From: Eledone cirrhosa
Taxonomy: Eukaryota
Length of the DNA: 64,000 nt
Assembly (NCBI GenBank): GCA_964016885.1
Contig: OZ024749.1
Coordinates: 17,670,001-17,734,000, forward strand
Direction of reading: 5' to 3'
Shown: piece after piece, positions 11,040-23,536 of the stretch
How positions within the stretch are numbered: the stretch's first letter is position 1
Layout of the letters: the number at the start of each line of letters is the position of its first letter
The notes under the pieces: model-generated
Database searches by the model: none
Told to the model about the DNA's origin: nothing
Seen by the model: only the letters and a program-made list of their open reading frames with translations
Program-made: the position numbers and the translations under genes

Positions 11040-14000
11040 ATGCCACCAAAGTCTCAACAAAACAACAACTCACTGAACCAGGACATCTTAAATGAACTCA
11101 AAGAGATTTCCTCTAAACTCTCAATTTTGACCAACAAAGTGGACCAAATACACATCTATAAAAAAGGAGCCCACGAAGAAACAGAAAATACCCAAGAGAC
11201 GAATATTACTCCAGTATTAACTAAGCTAATCGAAACCATTGAAACAGCAATGCTCCCAAAGCTGGAACAACCGTTAGAACCCAATCTACGAGATGTCCAA
11301 TCAGTGAAAAACCCCCTAATCAACATATGGACTCAAAAGCTCACAGCCCACAAATTCGCCCTTTGGAATCTCCTAAAAATTATTGGCAAGGCAGACATAT
11401 ATGAAAAGTGGCTAAACTCTACCCCAATCATCCTCCCCAAAAAACTCCAAATAAAACCCATCCCGAATGAACCAGAAAACCAACAAAGACTTAGGGAAAA
11501 GATGGCATTGGAAAAATTTAAAACAGAAATAGAACTGTTGCGATTAAGAGCCAACTCCAACGAAGAAAAATTCAAGTCACTCGACCAACAGATGGACACA
11601 GAAATCTCAAAGCACTCTGAAGGCCTACTCTACAAAAAACCCTAAAACTTTGGAAAGAAAACTGTGAGGATGAAGAACTAACATCCCTCCAGCGATGTGA
11701 AAAAAACGCCACCTGGTTCAACAACTACGAAATGGACTTCAAAAATGAACAACATACAGGTAATCCATTTTTAAAACAAACTAAAACTCACACACCACAT
11801 GCACAAAAATAACAAAAAAAGTAACAAAACGTCCAACATACCCCCAGCAAAACTATAACGATAATCCCAGAAACCATAGACAAAACTATAACCCTACTAA
11901 CAAAAACCAAAGATCCCCGAACACAAGGCAGGACCTGATCCGCAGATCACAACCCACACAAAACCTATTCCAAAACCGGTGACCCCTGCCCACACAGAGC
12001 CTGTTCCAAAACCGTAGATCCCAACCCACACAAAGGAACAAAATCTACAACCCGGACTATCAACAAACCGAACCTCAATACGTCCGAAACTTCTATACAA
12101 GACCACACAACAACAGGGGAAATACCATTAGATATAATAATACCATTGAAAAAACATTCCAGAAAAATCATTTTTTAGACCAAGGCTACAGGACTCACGA
12201 CACCCGGTGGCACAAACCGATTTTGAAAAACCGAAAATAATTAACCTTTCAAATACAAACCTCTCAGCCCAACAAGTAAAAATTCTCTCCAAAGGACTGA
12301 AATTCACACCAACACCACAATACTCTAACCCCAATGAGATAAATGACGATATCTCACACTTCTGTAGAAAATTACGTCTCACAGAGGAATTCTTCGACAA
12401 GGAGAATAACGACGAATCAATTGTACGGAATAAAAGCAGCTACAACCCAACAAAAGGTAGAAACAGAGTTCTGGACAAATTTTGTGACCACATTGCTACC
12501 TTCCCATACCATGAACTACCGCAACCTAAACCCAAACCCAACACGAGTCGAATGGGAGATTATCCATGAACTAAAAAACAATACGGACATTATAATTAAG
12601 GAAGCGGACAAGGGAAGTACTGTTGTCATTATGGAGGCTGAAAAATATAAAAATTCTATGTTCTCTCTCTTACAAAATACTAATTACTATGAAAGAGTAA
12701 AAAACTACCAGCAATCAAAAATAATGACCAAATTAAACACACTGATTTATCGATACCAGGAAGACCTAACGAAAAAGGAACGCGATTATTTAACAAATGT
12801 TGAATACAAAACCAGCAACCTTTACGGACTTCCGAAGATCCACAAGTGTAAAATAATCAACGATGCCTGTAAACAATCCACCTCAGCCTGCGTGAACACA
12901 CAATACCCCACAGACCTTAAATTAAGACCAATTGTAGCGGGCCCACAATGTGAAACACACAGACTGAGCAACTTTATAGACATACTACTGAAACCAATAC
13001 TGAAACACATACCTAGCCTTGTAAGAGACGATCTGGACCTCTTAAACCACCTCCCCAAACATGTCAACAACGACACTATTATTGTGTCTGTCGATGTAGT
13101 GAATCTCTACACAACGATCCCACACCAATACGGACTAGAAGCAATAGGATTCTGGCTAGAGAAATATCCCAATGAGATACCTGACAGAATAGAAAAAAGC
13201 TTCATCACCGAGGGATTAAAATTCATCTTACAGAACAACTTTTTTGATTTCGATGGCAATACTTACAAGCAAATATCGGGGACTGCGATGGGTACAAAAG
13301 CCGCTCCAACTTAGTCATGGCATACTTATATGAACAGATATATGAACAGTCCAAATCAAAATACGGATTGAACTTCCACAAATATTTATCAGAGAATTGG
13401 AAACGCTACTTGGATGATTGCCTCATTCTTTGGTCCCACACACTCGACCAACTGAAGGATTTCAAAAACTTAATAAACGGCATCAATAACCACATCCAAT
13501 TCACAATGGAATACAGCCAAGATCAACTCCCATTTCTGGACATCTTAATCTTAAAAAAAGACACAAATATCGAAACTGACATACACTACAAACCAACAGA
13601 TTCCAAACAATATCTGCTATTCACCTCTAACCATCCAAAGCACACGAAGACGAACATTCCTTTTAACCTAGCAAGATGAATTTGCACAATTGTCTCCAAT
13701 TATGAAACGCGAAATAAAAGACTTCAAGAATTAAAGGAAATTCTACTCGAGAGAGAGTACCCACTATTACTAATAAATAATGGAATAGAAAGGACTAAAG
13801 CAATAGGTATTGATGAATTACGGAAACAGAAACAAATTCAAGGTACGTCCAATATTCTATCATATATCTCAACACACAACCCAAGAAATGCGGAAGCTTA
13901 CAACACTATTCACAACAACATCCCACTACTAAAACAAAACCCAAGAATGAAAAAAGCCCTAGAAACACACAAAATAATCAAAAGCAAAAGACAACCAAAA

Positions 14001-14450
14001 TCACTGAAAACATTACTCACCAATGCCAAATTACCTACCACAAACCCACAACCAAGTATCAAAAAATGTGGTCGCTCTAATTGTGGAACCTGCACTCACC
14101 TCATTGAAGGCAACACGTATACATTTAAATCAGGACAAAATTTTACTGTAAAAAATCACTTCACTTGCTCATCAAAAAATCTAATTTATGCCATTAAATG
14201 TAAAGGATGCAATGAAGATTATATAGGACAAACTAAACTCACACTCAGAAACAGAATGACAGTTCATCGCCAACAATTACGAGATCCAACCACGAGACAG
14301 ATACCACTAAGTGCACATCTAGACATTTGCGCAAGTAATAAGACACCCAAGTCTTCCCATTTTACCTTTGCATACAACAGAACAAATATGAATAAATAAG
14401 GAAAATATGTTTATTCAAAAATATAGACCAGCATTAAATATGGTTTAATA
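11040..14450 (+). pseudogene. Penelope polyprotein (N-terminal region, RT, GIY-YIG endonuclease), frameshifted
   Basis: ORF pieces 11040-11645, 12207-12569, 12343-13314, 13317-13679 and 13947-14399 carry consecutive PLE motifs. Confidence 0.88.
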
Positions 14451-14789
14451 TACATTATGTCAACACCATAATATGACATACATACACACACATAACACCT
14501 ACTTTAGAAAATAAAAACCCGAACTAAATAAACCTTAACATACGTTTGCACTGACAATACAACAGAACAAATACGAATAAGTAAGGAAAATATGTTCATT
14601 CAAAAATATTCCTACTAAAGGAATCATTTTCCTACACACACACACACACACACAATATATATATATATGTATTCTCTCCATCTTAACATGCTAACCATAT
14701 TCCCACATATAACACGCATACACACACATAACACCCATATACACACACAACTCCCTCCCCCATTTCTACTAATAGAATCATCTTCCAAT

Positions 14790-15750
14790 ACACACACACA
14801 CACAAGCACACAAATAAACATACATATCTTTACTTCAATAAAAAATCTGAACTCCGACACCCCAGCGAACTAACCATATTCACTGAACCAGAACAATTCT
14901 CCCAATCCCATTTCTCTTGACCACTATCTTTCCCTTGTCATAACATTCTCTATAAAGGCTACAGAATAGATTTCCAAATAAGGGCGCAAAAATGTAATGA
15001 AAACTTGTTCACGTGACAGCCAAATTTCATTTATAACCAATCAAATCACGTTTATTAAAAAAAAGCCTTCGTGAGCCACCTTTTTTTTAAGTAAAGAAAT
15101 TCAAACACACACAACACACACAAGCACACAAATAAACATACATATCTTTACTTTCTTTATTCAATAGAAAATCTGAATTCTGACACCCCAGCGAACTAAC
15201 CATATTCACTGAACCAGAACAATTCTCCCATCCCTTTCTCTTGACCATTATCTTTCACTTATCATAAAATTCTCTAAAAAGGCTACATAATGGATTTCCA
15301 AATAAGGGCACGAAAATTTAATGAAAACTTGTTCACGTGACAGCCATAATTTCATTTATAACCAACCCCAAAAAAGCCTTCGTGAGCCCCTCTTTTCAAG
15401 TAAAAAGAAATTCAAACACTCATATATGAAAAAACAACCTGTGACAACCCCCCCCCCCTTATTTGAAGAACTATTGTAACGCGATCTGGCGCGAAATTTA
15501 TTATAATTATTGACAAACCAATCAAATTACCTCTCGAAAAACCTGGCATTTCGAGCCACTTTTTCCATATAAAACAAGTAACATTCAGAGACCAACCAGA
15601 TGTGAGAAAAACCACAGACCCTCCATCTCAACTCACCTTTTGAAAAGCAGAAGAACTGCGAAACCGGTAAAGGAAGCAAATAAATATATATATTTAAAAA
15701 AAAAATAAGACTCCAGTTGCATTTTCGATTTCATCTCTTTTTCTTTATAC
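14790..15750 (+). repeat. 3' pseudo-LTR of the Neptune-like element, ending in (TA)n
   Basis: Direct repeat of 10016-10950, followed directly by a TA/CA microsatellite at 15746-15872. Confidence 0.88.
15636..15673 (+). ncRNA. Minimal hammerhead ribozyme (copy in the 3' pLTR)
   Basis: Identical to 10836-10873, exactly 4800 bp downstream. Confidence 0.75.
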
Positions 15751-15809
<59 letters not shown>

Positions 15810-15874
15810 CATATATATATATATACATCTACATATATATATATACATATATATATACATATATATACATATCC

Positions 15875-17220
15875 ATTTACAAGTTAACTTTAAGGCTTTT
15901 GATTCTAGGGTCATGCTTCCATGTTTGGAATTTCTTTTCTAGTTCAGCCATAGATTCAGCTATGAGCGTTAGATCATCTGCGTATAGAAGTTCCCATGGG
16001 CAGCCGGACTTGATCTCCTCTGTTATAGCCTGAAGGGCAATAATAAATAGGAGGGGGCTAAGTACAAAGCCTTGATGAACACCAACTTTTACGCTAAATT
16101 CTTCACTATATTCATTGTTAATTCTAACCTTGCTGACTGTTTCTCTATACATGGCTTGTATAGCTCTCACAAGCCATTCATCTACACCTAGTTTTCTAAG
16201 AGCCTACCAGATAATGGCGCGGGGGACTCTGTCAAATGCTTTCTCCAAGTCTACAAAAGCTAAGTATGAGGGGTTTACTTTTAGCTAGGTACTTCTCCTG
16301 TAGTTGTTGTACAAGGCAAAGAGCATCTGTGGTACTTTTACCCGACACAAACTCAAACTGAATTTCATCTAGATCAATTCGCTCTCTGTGACCTTCATGA
16401 ACTGGTCAACTACCTTAATGCCTCTATAGTTTCCCCTATCTAGAGCATCCCCTTTACCCTTGTAGCAGATAATGATGATGCTGCTACACCAGTCCTTTGG
16501 TATGACCCCATTCTGTATTACTTGGTTTACTATCTGGGTGACCATAGTATGTCCTACCATTCCAGATGCTTTCAACATCTCAGCAACTATCTCCGAAGGC
16601 CCAGCTGCCTTGCCTGTCTTCATATCTTTGATTGCCTTATTTATTATACTACTTTTAACTTACACTGCTGGGCCCTCTATTGGATCGATTTGGGGCAGAC
16701 TATCTTTTTCCCATTTATTCTCCTCATTTAGTAGTCTCTCGTAGTGACACTTCCAAACTATCTTCTTATCAGTAAAAGTGAGGGCAAGTACACCATCATC
16801 ATTACGGACTCACTTCTCCGACAATACCACGGTTTTCCTTGACACATTGTCTAGCAATCTTGAACACCTCACATTATTGGTCCTCTTGTTCTAGAACATG
16901 CTTGATCTTTCTATCCTCTGCTTCCCTTCTTGCCATGTACACTTGTCTCCTAGCCACTTGATAGTACTCTCTACTACCCCCATCCTGCCATACTTTCCAA
17001 GCCTGCTTTTTGACCTTGATTGTCTGCTCACCTTACTATTCCACCACCAAGTTACTCTCCTCCTGCCTATAGGTGTGCTCCAGCCACAGATTTCATACAT
17101 CGCTTTCAGCAGGCTCACTTTCAAGAATTTGCACTTTTCCTCTATATTGTACGTCTGTAATTGCTCTTCCTTACTCGCTGTGGGGTCCTTCAGCTTCCAT
17201 ATTCTTCTCCTCAAGGTAGT
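15875..17220 (-). mobile_element. RTE LINE internal fragment (RT N-terminal half)
   Basis: [55 protein letters not shown]; similar to 24660-26000. Confidence 0.9.
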
Positions 17221-17289
17221 CTTTTGTTTTATGTTCCTTGTTCAACACACACACACACACATATAATTGATATTCTCTTTGAAATTACC

Positions 17290-18135
17290 GATGAAACTTG
17301 TTAGTGACACAACTACAAGAGAAGTTCCTAACCAAGATTAAGTTGCTTTATTTATCTTTTGTAGATCTGTTAAAGGCCTTTGACAGAGTACCTTACTCTG
17401 TTATCCGGTGGTCCTTCAGAAATTTACGTGGAGATTGGCTTGTGAGAGCAGTGCAAGCTATGTACAGAGGACCTGTAAGTAAAGTGAGAGTAGGAAGGGA
17501 GTTTAATGAGGAATTCAATGTACAGGTAGGTGTTCATCATAGTTCAGTTCACAACTCACTGCTGTTCATCATAGTTCTCTATGCTATAACCAATGAGTTT
17601 AGGACTGACTGTTCACGGGAAAAAGTCTATGTGAATGATCTGCTCCTTATAGCTCAATCCATAAAAATCTAGAGAATAAGTGACCCTACTGCATATGTAG
17701 GAAAGGAGTAGGCATAAACTGTACACAATGATAGCTTCCGCTATCTAGGTGGGGAGAAATGGAGCGACCATGCTTCGTTGGATGTGCAACGTAAATGTGA
17801 GAGGAAGGCAGAGCTTGGATGAATTGAGGAAGAAATTGGACTTCAGAGGAAACCAAAGTGGTGTGCAAGAGAGAAGACTACTTTGATATCGATATGTGAT
17901 ATCCATGGATGATGATCGCTGGTTAAAGAAGTGCCACGGAATACCAGAGGAGGGAAACCATACTAGAGGTAGACCAAGGAAGACCAGGGTAGATGTGGTG
18001 AGAGCTGATCTCAATTTGCTGAGGCTCACAGAGGAGATAACGAAGGAACAAGCGAGTGGGGAGATGTTGTGCTTAAAAGAACCCATCCAACCCATGCCAG
18101 GATTGAAAAACAGACGTAAAACTATGATGATGTAG
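17290..18135 (+). mobile_element. Deleted RTE LINE fragment
   Basis: FVDLLKAFDRVP, VGVHHSSV, RGRPRKT and a short ATG tail. Confidence 0.8.
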
Positions 18136-18375
18136 ATGAAGTAAATTAAATCAAAACAGATTTAGACTAAAACGAACAAAACTTCCCTGAAACAACAACA
18201 AGGTACAGCTAAATATAAACTATATTTTATAATGTAAGGTAGTGAACAAGATAATTAAATAGACGGAGGTATTTTATATAATAAAAACAGTCATGATAAC
18301 AATATATTTTATATCACATGTAACAGTGGAATCTGGTTAATTACTGGATCGTTGTAGGGTTCACATAATTATATT

Positions 18376-18737
18376 TGTAGCGCTCTCTAGACAGGGAAGT
18401 AGTTGCTTCCCGTCGAAAGTCTAGAACCCTCTTTTGCAACTTCCGGAAAGAGGTTATAAATAGGGGCAACACAGCCAAGCTATCTCTCTTTTGGCGCCTT
18501 TCCTCCGAACCAACAACACTGAAGATAAGCATGTTAATCATGGGCTTGGACTATACCTAAATATGTATGAGGATATTTGTGTACTACAATTATAACGGAG
18601 TTATAATAAAATGAAGACTTGTATTCGATATGGTGTTTTGTAAATATATCTATTCCTTTTTCTGTATAAAACTTAGTAGTTAGATTCCGGTGACATTTAC
18701 TCAAGTAAATAATCCTGGGGTCTGGCAGAACACTAAA
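18376..18737 (+). repeat. 5' LTR
   Basis: TGTAGCGCTCTC...CAGAACACTAAA with a TATAAATA box; matches 23171-23536. Confidence 0.9.
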
Positions 18738-18738
18738 A

Positions 18739-18752
18739 TGGTGACCCGACGT
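18739..18752 (+). promoter_or_regulatory. Primer binding site, tRNA-Trp type
   Basis: TGGTGACCCGACGT versus TGGTGACCCCGACGTG, the complement of the eukaryotic tRNA-Trp 3' end. Confidence 0.8.
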
Positions 18753-19826
18753 ACAGAAACGCCAACAGAAAAAAAAAAAAAAAATGATAATTCCCGAATA
18801 CGCATAAAGAAAAAAAAATTTTTGCACCTCGTGTTTTCGTTTTCAACAAATCTTTCATTTTGTGTTCGCCATTTTGCTTCCTCCGTGTTACATCATTTCA
18901 GCCATTCATGTTACCACCACGTGCGTATATAATTTTTGAAAATACAATTAATTTTCTTTCAAATGTGTTGTCATTGGCTGATTCGCGGAGGTTAAGCCAC
19001 ATGTGCGGCAGTTAAGAAAAAAAAAAAACGAGAACATTTCACCCAGGGGCTATTACATTCATAATAAGTAATTCTTCACTACTGACGTATTCAGGTGATG
19101 CAGAGTTGTGGTTTGCACAAGTAGATTCGTATTTTGTTGCACATGGCGTCCAAGCGGTACAACAGAGGTTACACGTGCTCATAAGCAGAATCCCTGCCTC
19201 GCTCGCCGTGTCAGTAAAGGATATCATCACCGATCCCCCATAAGGCGTCACTTACGAGACCCTTAAGGCAAAAGTGTTCAGACGGAACAGCCGTTCATCT
19301 GAGAGCAAATTTCGTTCCTTGTTGGAGGAGGAAAACTTCTGTTTAACAACAAATGTGCAGACCATACTGGCAAACATAGTCGACACCAGTTCTCTGGACC
19401 AAATTTCAGCCTCAGCGGACTGCATTATGGAATTTTCTCAAGTACCTACTTCGGCAGATCCACACATTGCTTCTGCTACTCTTAAAGCACAGCCTGTTCC
19501 ACCTCGTGAGGACTCTATATTGAGAGCCATTGACACGCTAACTCGTCAAGTGACTAAACTGTGTCGAGAACGAACACATTCCAGATGGCGCCCACGGAGT
19601 CGTTCTCCTTTTCATCGTCGCGAAAAAATTCCCGCCAACAACTCGTCTTTATGTTGGTATAACGTGCGTTTTCGTGAAAAGACGAATCATTGTATTCAAC
19701 CCTGCTCTTTCGGGACTTCGGAAAACTAAACCTGGAGAATCTGGGCACGTCAGATCTCTCTTTCATTAATTCTCCTTATCGTGCCTTTTTTTTTATATAA
19801 AAGATCGAATTTCAAACAAATCATTT

Positions 19827-22800
19827 ATGGTCGACACAGGATCTAGCTGCAGTATTTGGCCACTTGGTTTCAGCTGTACCAAGCCAAATTTTTCTGGTAT
19901 TTCCTTGTATGCAGTAAATCAGTCTCCTATAAAAACTTATGGACAAACATCTCTATCATTGAACCTAACTTTGCGTCGGGATTTCAAATGGATTTTCGTT
20001 GTAGTGGACCTACCCCACCCTATTCTCGGTGCGGATTTTTTACACCACTACTCACTGTTAGTAGATATCAGGAAACAGAAACTTGTGGATGGCACCACAT
20101 CTTTATCTACGCCTGCTCATGGTTCTACTGTTGTCACCATAAGTCCCGCGTGTTTCATAGCTGCCTCTGGAAACCAGTTTCATTCTCTTCTTGCCTCGTT
20201 TCCCGAGTTAACTGACATTTCATTTAAACCGAACCAAGTAATCCACTCGACTCGACATTTTATTACAACAACTGCTCCTCCTGTTTTTTCTCGGCCACGT
20301 AGGCTAGCTCCAGACAGACTAAAAAGAGCCAGGGATGAGTTCGATCACATGCTTCAGCTTGGTCTTATACGACCGTCCACCAGCCCATGGGCATCCCCGC
20401 TTCATTTGGCTCGTAAGGGTGAAGCGGATTTTAGACCTGTGGGTGATTATAGACGACTTAATGCTATCACAACACCTGATCGTTATCCTCTACCAAATTT
20501 ACAGGATTTTTCATCCGCTCTGCATGGATGCAAGATATTTTCTAAAATAGATCTGGTACGCGCTTACTATCAAATACCAATGCATCCGGAAGACATACCA
20601 AAAACAGCTGTGACCACCCCTTTTGGTTCGTTTGAATTCCTATCCATGCCCTTTGGTTTGCGAAATGCTTCTAGTACGTTCCAGCGTTTTATCGATGAAG
20701 TCACGCGTGGATTAGATTTCATGTTTGCTTACGTTGACGATCTTATAGCCAGTGATTCGAATGAACACCATCATCAACATCTATCTCAGTTATTTCAACG
20801 TCTCCAATCGTACCAAGTCAGAATCAACCCAGCTAAATGTGTGTTTGGTGCAGATTCACTGGAATTCCTCGGACACCTTATAGATTCAGAAGGCATATGT
20901 CCTTTGCCAGCTAAAGTAGAGGCGATTCAGCAATTAGCACCACCAACATCCTTGAAACAATTACTCCATTTCTTAGGATTAATTAACTGTTATCGTCACT
21001 TTATTCCTAACTGTGCGGACAAGTTATTCCCCTTGACACAGCTTTTAAAGGCTGCAAAAAAGAAAGATGAAACAATTTCACTTTCTGTCGATGCATTGCA
21101 ATCTTTTAAATCCGTCAAGGCTAAGCTAGCTAAAGTTTCCTTCCTTGCCCATCCTGTTGCAAATGCGAGACTTTCCTTATCTGTTGATGCATCTGATCAT
21201 GCTGTTGGCGCTGTTTTGCATCATGTAATTGATCACCAAGTTCAACCATTGGGATTTTTCTCTCGCCAATTAAAACCAGCAGAACAGAGATACAGCACCT
21301 TTGACAGAGAATTTTTGGCGATTTATCTTGCGGTGAAGCACTTCCTCCACCTTTTGGAGGGGCGGGAGTTCACGATATTCACGGACCACAAACCGTTAAC
21401 GTTCGCTTTACAATCCAAGTCCGACAAGTACTCTCCGAGAGCGTATAGGCATCTGGATCCAATATCACAGTATACGAGTGATATCCGTCATATAGCCGGA
21501 ACTTCCAACATACCTGCGGACACACTATCTCGACTTTCTTTGTGTTCTCTTGCGTCTCCTGCACATATCGATTTAGTTGCCATTGCAACTGACCAACCTA
21601 CTTTGGATTCGCTGGACATTTCCTCTGACCAGTTCTCCTGCTGCAAATTGGAATATTTACCTCTTCCATCTTCTGAAGGGAAAATTCTCTGCGATGTTTC
21701 TACTGGCTCACCCAGACCACTTGTTCCAGATTGTCATCAGCGTACCGTTTTTGATGCACTTCATTCCTTGTCACATCCTGGCATAGCTGCCACGGTGAAG
21801 CTTATTACGGCTCAATTCTTCTGGCCTAATATGCGTCGTTTAATCACCGGTTGGGCACGTTCTTGCTTGAAATGTCAGCGCTCAAAGATTCATCGGCATA
21901 TCCCCGCGCTCCTCTTGGAAAATTCAGCCCGCCAGACGCATGTTTCCGTCATATACACATGGATATTGTTGGTCCATGGCCCGTTAGTCGTGGATTCACA
22001 TACATATTGACTTGTATCGATAATTTCTCTCGGTGGCCTGAAGCCATGCAGAGTCCGTTGCCCGAGCTTTCATTTCCAATTGGATTGCTCGTTTCGGTGT
22101 TCCTATAAAAATAACTACGGATCGTGGACGCCAATTTGAGGCTTCCTTATTTCGTGAAATATCACAACTCTTGGGTGCTCATCACATTCATACGACTAGC
22201 TATCACCCAGCCTCTAATGGAATGATAGAGAGGTTTCATAGACAGTTGAAAGCTGCACTTCGTGCTACTCCTGATCCACAACGTTGGACTGAATTTTTGC
22301 CTATCGTGCTTCTTGGTTGTCGTGCTGCCATTAAGACAGATTTAGGTTTTTCTTCTGCTGATCTTCTTTATGGTACCACATTGTCTCTTCCTGGACAAAT
22401 GTTAGCACCAGTGGATTCATTACATCTTGACCCAGCATCATATGTCACCAGGATTCGTTCGTATTTCTCGGATCTTCCACTGATGAATCCTTGTGACCAA
22501 TCTATTTCTCCTGCTGTCCCTTCGGACATCTCTACGTGGACACACATTTTCATACGGAAAGATTCCGCCAAGGGACCTTTTACGTCACCTTATAATGGAC
22601 CTTTTCGTGTGCTTTCGCACACACCCAAACATTTCACAGTGGCTGTCAATGGTCGAAAAGAGACAATATCGATTGACAGAGCAAAAAAGGCTTTCTCCGA
22701 AAGTCTCATCACACTGCCTGATACACCTCGTACATACACTCCTACACCAACACTTTCACCTCCACCGCAGACACCACATACCACACAACCTTATGTCACA

Positions 22801-22857
22801 CGAAGTGGCAGGACGGTAAAATGGCCACGAAAACTCTCAAAAACAATATACATTTAA
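19827..22857 (+). pseudogene. Gypsy pol (protease, RT, RNase H, integrase) with frameshifts in the integrase
   Basis: 727-aa ORF 19827-22010 plus integrase pieces 21851-22108 and 22171-22857. Confidence 0.92.
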
Positions 22858-23170
22858 CCCCTAGTGGCATTTAACAAACTTCCTTTTCAGTTTTCAAATA
22901 GAACTAGTGTCAGAAATGTCTGTACACTAGTGATGTATGAACTATTTGACCTTGAAAAACATTGATTTTACCATTGAGCATCAATATTCTTTGCTCCTTT
23001 GTATGACTATGATTATCATTTGTTACATTCAAAAATTCTTTGTAAAAATGCATTACTTGTTTTATGCTCATGTTATTCATTCATGTTCTTGTACATTTTG
23101 TTTTGCTCCTCATGTTCCCGCTACAATGATTTCGTTTGGTCATTCGACTTCTCGTCTGAGAGGGGAGTCT

Positions 23171-23536
23171 TGTAGCGCTCTCTAGACAAGGAAGTAGCTA
23201 GAGTTATTTCCCGTCAAAAGTCAAGAACCCTCTTTTGCAAATTCCGGAAAGAGGTTATAAATAGCGGCAACACAGCCAAGCTATCTTTTTTTTGGTGCCT
23301 TTCCTCCGAACAGACAACACTGAAGATAAGCATGTTAATCATGGGCTTGGACTACACCTAAATATGTACGAGGATATTTGTGTGCTACAATTATAATGGA
23401 GTTATAATAAAATGAAGACTTTTATTCGATAGGGTGTTTTATAAATATATCTTATCCTTTTCTGTATAAAACTTAGTAGTTAGATTCCGGTGACATTTAC
23501 TCAAGTAAATAATCCTGAGTCTGGCAGAACACTAAA
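23171..23536 (+). repeat. 3' LTR
   Basis: Follows the PPT at 23158-23167; roughly 20 differences from the 5' LTR by eye. Confidence 0.9.

Larger units (their letters stand above)
10016..15750 (+). mobile_element. Penelope-like retroelement, Neptune-like, with 5' and 3' pseudo-LTRs; disabled ORF
   Basis: LSKGLKFTP, EADKGSTVVIM, YGLPKIHK, RPIVAG, GTAMGT, RYLDD (RT); CGRSNCGTC linker and LIYAIKCKGCNEDYIGQT (C-terminal GIY-YIG); near-identical direct repeats at 10016-10950 and 14790-15750; several frameshifts and stops. Confidence 0.92.
18376..23536 (+). mobile_element. Ty3/Gypsy LTR retrotransposon, CsRn1-like clade, both LTRs present, decayed
   Basis: LTRs at 18376-18737 and 23171-23536; PBS TGGTGACCCGACGT; PPT GAGAGGGGAG; gag remnant (LWFAQVDSYF, CWY.x9CxxxC); pol order PR (VDTG), RT (YVDD), RNase H (DAS, TDHKPL), IN (HxxxHPG..Cxx[18 protein letters not shown]). 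Confidence 0.95.

Noticed and set aside
13677-13679. In-frame TGA in the Penelope ORF read as selenocysteine (as in some Naiad PLEs)
   Set aside because: The GIY-YIG is C-terminal, so this is not Naiad architecture. The site reads LAR*ICT where Arg is expected, the ORF has other lesions, and no SECIS was recognised.
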